Assembly (NCBI GenBank): GCA_032128875.1 | Contig: JAVLKG010000006.1 | Span: forward strand, 64,001-128,000 | Reading direction: 5' to 3' | Length of the DNA stretch: 64,000 bases | DNA from: Candidatus Melainabacteria bacterium 17Bon1m | Lineage (GTDB): Bacteria; Cyanobacteriota; Vampirovibrionia; Obscuribacterales; Obscuribacteraceae | Position numbers and translations under genes: made by a program | Shown: piece by piece, positions 57,552-64,000 of the stretch | Position numbering within the stretch: position 1 is the first letter of the stretch | How the letters are laid out: each line of letters opens with the position of its first letter | The notes under the pieces: model-generated | What the model was told of the DNA's origin: nothing | Seen by the model: the letters and a program-made list of their open reading frames with translations, nothing else | Databases searched by the model: none

Positions 57552-58682
57552 TTAGTTTTTCGGTCCGCGAGACTTGAGGAATTCCGGTATGTCAAGGATG
57601 TCACTGCCAATCGGCTTTTGCTGCGGTCTCGGCTGCTCTTGCTGATAATGCTGTTGAGCACGAGGCTGTGGTGCAGACATTGCTGGTTGACGTGGTTGTT
57701 GATTTTGCTGAACCATGTCAAAGCCGGTGGCGATGACGGTGATCAGCACTTCGCCGTGCAGTCTGTCGTCGAGCACAGCTCCGAAGATGATGTTGGCATC
57801 ATCGGATACTGCGGAGTAGATGACATTGGCCGCTTCTTGAACTTCATGCAGTGTGAGGTCTGGTCCGCCGGTGACGGAGAAGATCACACCAGATGCACCG
57901 TCTATGGTGCACTCGAGCAATGGGCTGTTGATAGCATTGCGTGCCGCTTCGACAGCTCTGCCTTCGCCTGTTGCGCGACCAACGCCCATAAGAGCGCTGC
58001 CCGCAGTCGCCATAATTGCTTTGACGTCTGCGAAGTCTACGTTGATCAAGCCAGGAACGGTGATGATGTCGGAGATACCTTGCACACCTTGCATCAGCAC
58101 TTTGTCGGCTTCGACGAATGCTTCTTGCATGGAGGCGCGGTGATCGACGACTTCAAGCAGTCTTTGGTTCGGGATTACGATCAGCGTGTCGACGCGCGAT
58201 TTGATTTCTTGAATGCCGTTTTCGGCTTGATTCATGCGGCGCTTGCCTTCGAAAAGGAAAGGTCTGGAGACTACGCCGACGGTCAGAGCGCCGATTTCTC
58301 TTGCTACTTCAGCAACGATAGGCGCTGCACCGGTGCCGGTGCCACCGCCCATACCTGCTGCGATAAATACCATGTCTGCGCCCTGGAGAGCTGCTGCGAT
58401 GTCCTCGCGGCTTTCTTCTGCGCCTTTGGTGCCGATCGTCGGATTGCCGCCGGCTCCTAATCCTCTGGTCAGTTTTGCACCGATTTGCAAGCGATTTTTC
58501 GCTGCTGACAAATCGAGCGCCTGGGCGTCAGTATTGCAAGCCCAGAATTCAACCCCGTTGAGACCCGCTTGGATCATGCGGTTGACAGCGTTGGAGCCGG
58601 CTCCGCCGACACCTACAACCTTGATGTTGGCTTTGATCTCCAACTTTGCCTTATCGTCTTTTTTCTCGTTACGCTCAAGCAC
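57552..58682 (-). CDS. ftsZ: Cell division GTPase FtsZ
   Basis: [40 protein letters not shown], Gln/Pro linker and C-terminal peptide ILDIPEFLK. Confidence 0.98.
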   Translation of the reverse strand: MLERNEKKDDKAKLEIKANIKVVGVGGAGSNAVNRMIQAGLNGVEFWACNTDAQALDLSAAKNRLQIGAKLTRGLGAGGNPTIGTKGAEESREDIAAALQGADMVFIAAGMGGGTGTGAAPIVAEVAREIGALTVGVVSRPFLFEGKRRMNQAENGIQEIKSRVDTLIVIPNQRLLEVVDHRASMQEAFVEADKVLMQGVQGISDIITVPGLINVDFADVKAIMATAGSALMGVGRATGEGRAVEAARNAINSPLLECTIDGASGVIFSVTGGPDLTLHEVQEAANVIYSAVSDDANIIFGAVLDDRLHGEVLITVIATGFDMVQQNQQPRQPAMSAPQPRAQQHYQQEQPRPQQKPIGSDILDIPEFLKSRGPKN

Positions 58683-59018
58683 GACGCGTAGCCCTCATGG
58701 AATATATACAGTTGAAATACCTTAGTAGAATCTGGACTAGAAGCAGGACAGGTTGTGCCGTTCACGAGGGAACTGCGCTCCAGAGGCCCAGTCGATAGGC
58801 TTTCGACTAGGCTATCGTAAGGCGTATTCTGGCTATTTGCAATAATGTGCAGCGCTTATGTAGTTAACCTTATCCAAGGCAATAGCCGCGCACAGTAGTC
58901 AGTAAAACGGTTGCCAGTACCTGGCCTGTGGACGCGCTTTACTCCCCCAAAACTCGCATTTTGGCGTCTTCTTATATTTTGATAAATTCAATATATGTAA
59001 AGCAAAAGAGAGAAAGAA

Positions 59019-59843
59019 CTACTTAGCTTTCGCCTCAGCAGTCTTTATCTTTTGCAACGTCTCTTTGCACGCTTTGTTGTCGGGAGCCAGGTCGCATGCG
59101 GTTTGCGCCGATTTCACTGCTTCTGCAAAGCGGTGGTCGGAAGCCAGCACCCCGGCGAGCATTCTGTGAGCTTCGGAATTTTTCTTGTCCAGCTCAACAC
59201 ATCGTTGCAAATACGTCGCTGCTTCTTTTGCATTGCCTGACATCGCATAGGCACTGCCTAAATAAAAATTGGCATCGGGATCGTTGGGAGTAAGCGCAAC
59301 CGCCTTCTTCTCTTCTTCGATCTGCGCATCGATGTCGCCGCGCGTTCCGAGCGCCGCTCCGAGATCTCTGTGTGCTGCTGCGTGATCGGCTTTCAGCTTG
59401 ATTGCTTGCTTGAAGGAAGCAACTGCTTCTTCCGGCTTGTCCATGCGCAGCAAGAGCTGACCCAGTCTGTGATGCACATCTGGATTGTTGGGATCGAGCT
59501 TGGCAGCGTCTTTCATCGCCTGAGCTGCTTCCAGCATGTTGCCTTCGCGCATCAATACACGCGCCAGCCCGAAATGTGCTTCCGACTCATTGGGCTCGAG
59601 TTTGATAGCTTCTTTGAATTGCTCTTCGGCCTTCTTCAACTCGCCTTGCATGAGATAGGCTCTGCCGAGTTTGACGCGATTCTTTTGATTTTTGGGATTT
59701 TGCTCGATGGCTGCTTCGTAGCGGAATACGGCATTCTTGATGTCTTCTTCGTCTTGATCGGCAGCCTGAGCCACTTGGGGAAGGACGCCGTTGAAGGCGA
59801 ACGCCGAAAGTGCCAGCATGGTCAGCAATTGACGGTATCTCAT
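59019..59843 (-). CDS. Exported TPR protein
   Basis: Signal peptide (AQA) and 6-7 TPRs. Confidence 0.88.
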   Translation of the reverse strand: MRYRQLLTMLALSAFAFNGVLPQVAQAADQDEEDIKNAVFRYEAAIEQNPKNQKNRVKLGRAYLMQGELKKAEEQFKEAIKLEPNESEAHFGLARVLMREGNMLEAAQAMKDAAKLDPNNPDVHHRLGQLLLRMDKPEEAVASFKQAIKLKADHAAAHRDLGAALGTRGDIDAQIEEEKKAVALTPNDPDANFYLGSAYAMSGNAKEAATYLQRCVELDKKNSEAHRMLAGVLASDHRFAEAVKSAQTACDLAPDNKACKETLQKIKTAEAKAK

Positions 59844-59852
59844 TTGGTTCTA

Positions 59853-60827
59853 CTACCTCACAGTCAGCTTTTGTCTTTGTTTGGCTGCCTTCCCATTCAG
59901 GAGCCTTTCCAGTGCGGCTCTTGTTTCAGGAGCCTTGGGATTGATTTGAATTGCCTGACGGAAAGCTTCGAGAGCTTCCGTTTCTTTGCCTTCTTTTTCC
60001 AGTGCTTCACCGAGTGTCAGATAGGCCCAGTGGTTTGAAGGCAGATACTTTATTGCCAGCTTCTCGAGTCCGACTGCGGATCTTATATTGTTTTGGTCGT
60101 TTTTTTGCAAAAGGCAGCGCCCTAATTCCAGATATGTGAAGGACAATTTTGCGTCATCTGGCTTGGGTTTGAGCAAAAGAATCGTGGCGTATTTTTCTTT
60201 CGCTTCATCGATGTTTCCTTTCTCTCTCAGCGCTCCGCCCAGATTGAAAAGCGCCTCGACAGAATTCGGCTCTTTCTTCTGAACGATCTGAAACTGCTCT
60301 ATGGCTTGATCCAGCAACCCTATCTTTTGCATGCAAATGCCGAGATTGCCGCGCGATACGAGATCTTCAGGCTGTGCATCCACCACTTGCTTCAGCTGCC
60401 CGCCTGCTTCGTCATAACTGCCGCGTTTCATAAAAATGACCGCCATCTCTTTTCTGGCGTCAATCAAGCTGGGGTCATGATTGAGAGCTTCAAGAAATTC
60501 CGAAACAGCCTTGTCCTCGTTGCCCAGCCTCGCCAAACTGCGCCCGTACTCAAAGTGATTGATACCGGACTCTGCGTTTTTCTCGACCGCTTGCCGGAAA
60601 AGCTCGCAGGACGGCTGGAATTGACCGGAAAGAAACAGTTTGCGCCCTGTTTCCAGCAGTTTTTCGGACGGATCTTCTTTGGGCTTAACACTGAAGAATT
60701 GCGGTTTGCCAAGGGCTGGCTCGATTATTGGCGAAAAACACACAAATCCTGCGCACGCCGATAGTATGAGCGGTAATGTTGATGTGTATATAAAATGTTT
60801 GCGCTTTGAATTGCCTTTGGATTTCAT
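59853..60827 (-). CDS. Exported/membrane-anchored TPR protein
   Basis: N-terminal hydrophobic segment and multiple TPRs. Confidence 0.86.
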   Translation of the reverse strand: MKSKGNSKRKHFIYTSTLPLILSACAGFVCFSPIIEPALGKPQFFSVKPKEDPSEKLLETGRKLFLSGQFQPSCELFRQAVEKNAESGINHFEYGRSLARLGNEDKAVSEFLEALNHDPSLIDARKEMAVIFMKRGSYDEAGGQLKQVVDAQPEDLVSRGNLGICMQKIGLLDQAIEQFQIVQKKEPNSVEALFNLGGALREKGNIDEAKEKYATILLLKPKPDDAKLSFTYLELGRCLLQKNDQNNIRSAVGLEKLAIKYLPSNHWAYLTLGEALEKEGKETEALEAFRQAIQINPKAPETRAALERLLNGKAAKQRQKLTVR

Positions 60828-61102
60828 TTGGATATCTTTGGCTCGATTCTTTTTTGCTTTCGCTTAAAACTTTGATGACAGCAGCGATTCAGCTTAAGTG
60901 ATGTGAAGTCGCCATTATATGGGGGCACCTCCTGTCAAAACCTGTTTCAGCGTCACCTAATCAGATTGAAATGTATAAATCGCTATAACCTTCCTACAAC
61001 GAGTAAACTTGCATTTGTACTCCTTAATGAAGCTGCTTTGCAGCCTTGAGTACTCAACGGGTTTTCAAACGGCGTCCCCTCTCGGTATCCAGGCAAAGTT
61101 TT

Positions 61103-62386
61103 ATGGACTTTTCCATTTACGTACATCGTCTTTTCGGCAGTGAATCAGCCATTCTTTGGAAAGTGGCGATGCCGCCTGTGCTCTATGGCTTGCACGGTTG
61201 GATTGCCACGAGAATGGCAGTGGCAGCGCTTTTCCACCCCTATGAAACCTGGTACTGGCCAGGCACGAAGATAGCGATGCCTCTGACGCCGGGTATTTTT
61301 CCGAAGCGGAAGAATAAGCTCGCTGAGTCAGTAGCCAAGACGGTTACGGAGACACTGCTTACACCTGACGATATCTCCGTCAAAGTGGAAAGTCTCGTGA
61401 CACAAGAGAATCTCTACCTGGCATCAGACGCATTCGTCGATGCTGTGCTCAAAGAATTTCGCGATACGACGAAATTGCACAGACTCGCTTCGGAACTTGC
61501 CGAGCTCAGTCCGGCTATGCTTCAGCACTTGGTCGACTCTGCAATCGAGGGGCTGGAGAAAGGCCGCGATCGCAATGTGCAGGTGATTGTCGAAAAGATT
61601 TTCGACCACATGATCCTGCCCATGCGAATTTCGCTCGAGCAAGCGACAGAGATTTCTTCCAGAATCATGGAAGCTTTCATCACGCCTGAGAAAGTTCGCA
61701 CCCACCTGATTACGTTGCTTTCGCCTCAAAACATCAATGCTTTGGACGAGTCTATCCAAGCGCACGCCGGTGGTCCTTACAAATTGCTGGCGCGAATCAT
61801 CGGCGTGAAGCGTGTTTGCTACGAATGGCGCAACTTCATGGAGAAAGAGCCGGAGGAGAGTATTCGCGTCATCGGTGACTTGATAAAGCGCTTCGGTATT
61901 CGCGATCAGATGGCGATTCAAATTGCCAACTTCGACCTGCGCTCCATGCCCTTGCAAAACATTGCCAAGCTAAAGGCCAATGTCGTCAGCTTTGTCGAGA
62001 ATTTTCTTCTGCACAATCGTGACTCGATAATGGAAGCTGTCAAGGTGGGCGAGGGCGCCGCCATGAGCACTGTGCGCTCGGCGATCATCCGTTTCAACCC
62101 GGAGTCCATCCCTGAAAAATGGCTGGAGCGGACCAAACACAACGTTTCTACATTTGCCTACTCATATCTGCACAGCGAGTTGCGCGTCCTTTTGGGACGG
62201 TTGATTCCGCAGCTGGGCATAAAAGATTTGATAACAACCAAGATCTCGCAATTCTCATCAGAAAAAATGGAGGAACTGGTCAAGAGCATTTGTGCCAAAG
62301 AATTGCAGGCACTCGAATATTTCGGCGGTGCAATCGGTGTTGTTTTAGGGTTCGTTCAAATTCTCATCAATGCAATAGCTCCATAA
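61103..62386 (+). CDS. DUF445 family membrane protein
   Basis: GWIATRMAVAALFHPY...TPGIFPKRK..LA..V and C-terminal ELQALEYFGGAIGVVLGFVQ. Start ATG 61103 (alternative TTG 61046). Confidence 0.82.
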   Translation: MDFSIYVHRLFGSESAILWKVAMPPVLYGLHGWIATRMAVAALFHPYETWYWPGTKIAMPLTPGIFPKRKNKLAESVAKTVTETLLTPDDISVKVESLVTQENLYLASDAFVDAVLKEFRDTTKLHRLASELAELSPAMLQHLVDSAIEGLEKGRDRNVQVIVEKIFDHMILPMRISLEQATEISSRIMEAFITPEKVRTHLITLLSPQNINALDESIQAHAGGPYKLLARIIGVKRVCYEWRNFMEKEPEESIRVIGDLIKRFGIRDQMAIQIANFDLRSMPLQNIAKLKANVVSFVENFLLHNRDSIMEAVKVGEGAAMSTVRSAIIRFNPESIPEKWLERTKHNVSTFAYSYLHSELRVLLGRLIPQLGIKDLITTKISQFSSEKMEELVKSICAKELQALEYFGGAIGVVLGFVQILINAIAP

Positions 62387-62423
62387 TCGGATTCAGGTAA
62401 TCGGCTGGACGGTGCCACCATAT

Positions 62424-64000
62424 ATGATGCGAGGCAGAAGGCGCGGATATGTAAGAGCTTTAGAGGCGAAAGCCGGCTCGCGCGCGCCCGTTCGTCCAGG
62501 ACAATTTCAAATCAAGATACCGTCCAACTTTCGCGATATGCTCGTTGGGCAGTGGCTGAACGGCATCGGGCAATACTATGTTTTGCGAACGCTCGGCACG
62601 GGCGGCATGAGCGTTGTCTATGCTGCCAAACATCTGGAGAGCAACAAAATCTATGCAGTAAAAACTTTGCGCATGCAGGCAGCAAGCGACGAGTTGACGG
62701 TGAAGCGTTTTCAGAGAGAAGCAGAAACGCTTACTTATTTGAATCATCCAAATATTGTTCGCATTCACGACTACGGCAAAACGAGCAAGAAACAGCCGTT
62801 TTTCATCATGGACTTTCTCACAGGCGACAGCCTCAATGATGTGCTCAAGAAAGAGAAACTCATCAGTTATGAACGCGTCCAGACAATATTCATGCAAGTT
62901 TTGGCTGCCGTGGCTCACGCGCATAAGCAGGGTCTCGTCCATCGAGACTTGAAGCCTGGCAATATCATGTTGCTCAAAACCGCCCAGCAAAGCGACTTTG
63001 TGAAAGTCGTAGATTTTGGTATTGCTAAGTTTGAAGAAGAGGCTCAAAAGCTGACGCGCATGGGCGAGGTCTGGGGCAGCCCGATTTACATGAGTCCTGA
63101 GCAATGCATGGGCGGTCAATTGGATCAGCGCGCGGACATTTATTCGCTTGGTATTGTGATGTACGAAGCGTTGACCGGCGAAGTGCCTTTTTTTGGAAAG
63201 AACTATGTAGAGACGATGTCCAAGCAGATTGGCGAGCCTGCCCGTCCACCGTCCCAGATGAACCCCAACGTCAAGATTCCGGAAAAGCTCGAGCGAGTGA
63301 TCATGCGCGCGCTTGAAAAAGAACCGAACAAGCGCTACCAGCGTGTGGAGGAGATGCTCGATGATTTGCACAAATCAGTCGAGACACCAAAGAAGAAGCC
63401 GTCTGTGCCCGTTCCTGCTCCCGCTTCGCCCACTGCGCCCGCTGTTAAACCAGCGGCTGCACCTCCGCCTGCTATCGCCAAAGAGCCGGTCAAAGATAAG
63501 CGACCGTCCAAAAAGGATCTTGCCACTACGTTGCCTGATATCCCGGACAAGCTGCCGCCCTCGAGCGCTCAGACGTCAGGCGAATGGCAAAGCTTCGATC
63601 CCCAGCAAGGACGTGGGGATTTGCGGTCGCCTCAGATGCGCCGCTCTCAAGAGAATATGCAGCCCGCCCAACGTCGCGATTCTGTCGAAATCAGCCGCGA
63701 TTACACGCGAGACTCGATGCGTACTTCGCACACCCGCGCCCGCGCCTATGGCACAGGAGATCCGCGGCAGAGCGGCTCTCGGTACTCGAGAATCAGGTAC
63801 GAAGAAAAACCTACTTTTACCGGTCTTGTGATCAAGGCCTTGCTGATCGCGCTTTTTCTGGGGCTCTCGCTCGGCGTAGTAACGATGGGTGTTTTCTTCT
63901 ATTCTGCTGTCAAAGGTGCCCATCCTAACTTGCCGGTCATCAAAGTTGACGAGAGCGAACAAATTAAGCTCGACGACAAACAGGGCGGAGAAAAAGGCGC
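62424..64000 (+). CDS. Hanks-type Ser/Thr protein kinase with Pro-rich linker and TM helix (3' end outside window)
   Basis: Not in the ORF track because it has no stop in the window. Manual translation: LGTGGMSVVYAAK, HPNIV, HRDLKPGN, DFGIAK, GSPIYMSPEQC, TM near 63830-63900. Start uncertain. Confidence 0.92.
   Translation, partial: MMRGRRRGYVRALEAKAGSRAPVRPGQFQIKIPSNFRDMLVGQWLNGIGQYYVLRTLGTGGMSVVYAAKHLESNKIYAVKTLRMQAASDELTVKRFQREAETLTYLNHPNIVRIHDYGKTSKKQPFFIMDFLTGDSLNDVLKKEKLISYERVQTIFMQVLAAVAHAHKQGLVHRDLKPGNIMLLKTAQQSDFVKVVDFGIAKFEEEAQKLTRMGEVWGSPIYMSPEQCMGGQLDQRADIYSLGIVMYEALTGEVPFFGKNYVETMSKQIGEPARPPSQMNPNVKIPEKLERVIMRALEKEPNKRYQRVEEMLDDLHKSVETPKKKPSVPVPAPASPTAPAVKPAAAPPPAIAKEPVKDKRPSKKDLATTLPDIPDKLPPSSAQTSGEWQSFDPQQGRGDLRSPQMRRSQENMQPAQRRDSVEISRDYTRDSMRTSHTRARAYGTGDPRQSGSRYSRIRYEEKPTFTGLVIKALLIALFLGLSLGVVTMGVFFYSAVKGAHPNLPVIKVDESEQIKLDDKQGGEKG

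Noticed and set aside
57474-58460. 328-aa ORF antisense to ftsZ
   Set aside because: Typical codon-bias shadow ORF of a conserved gene.
62460-63371. 303-aa minus-strand ORF
   Set aside because: Antisense shadow of the Ser/Thr kinase that runs off the window end.
1-64000. HIP1 (GCGATCGC) enrichment, tRNA/rRNA genes, integrases or transposases
   Set aside because: Only a few HIP1 octamers were noticed, with no obvious enrichment. No tRNA/rRNA or mobile-element signatures were found by eye.

Overview
A gene-dense 64 kb stretch of bacterial chromosome with no rRNA, tRNA, CRISPR array, transposase or prophage that I can see. The host is probably a non-photosynthetic Cyanobacteriota relative (Melainabacteria/Vampirovibrionia, Obscuribacterales-like). 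That is an inference from the cyanobacterial-type Hfq and MgdA-like GT2, the amiC-murI pair, DUF445, the many zinc-ribbon Ser/Thr kinase, TPR, LRR and DUF4388 genes, and the absence of photosynthesis genes. Core content: biotin carboxylase (partial), 3-hydroxybutyryl-CoA dehydrogenase, three GT2 glycosyltransferases, hfq-mreBCD-pbp2, a secretin, hemW, amiC-murI-UDG, a K+-independent H+-PPase, PBP1A, PiT/DUF47, pspA, a Rieske oxygenase, Tad-like pseudopilins, an allB-uraD-uraH purine-catabolism operon, mtnA and ftsZ. Best leads: (1) a protein of about 280 aa of Gly/Arg/Ser/Tyr low-complexity sequence (45-bp tandem repeats) fused to a ribbon-helix-helix-like C-terminal domain; (2) an uncharacterised CitE/malate-synthase-like enzyme ending the allantoin operon, whose leader has a hairpin that masks the ribosome-binding site; (3) two dispersed REP-like palindrome families, one with compensatory base changes; (4) an unannotated 48-aa membrane or secreted peptide; (5) an orphan Tad-like tip-adhesin module plus scattered pilus parts. 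Family assignments come from motif recognition by eye; no database searches were run.
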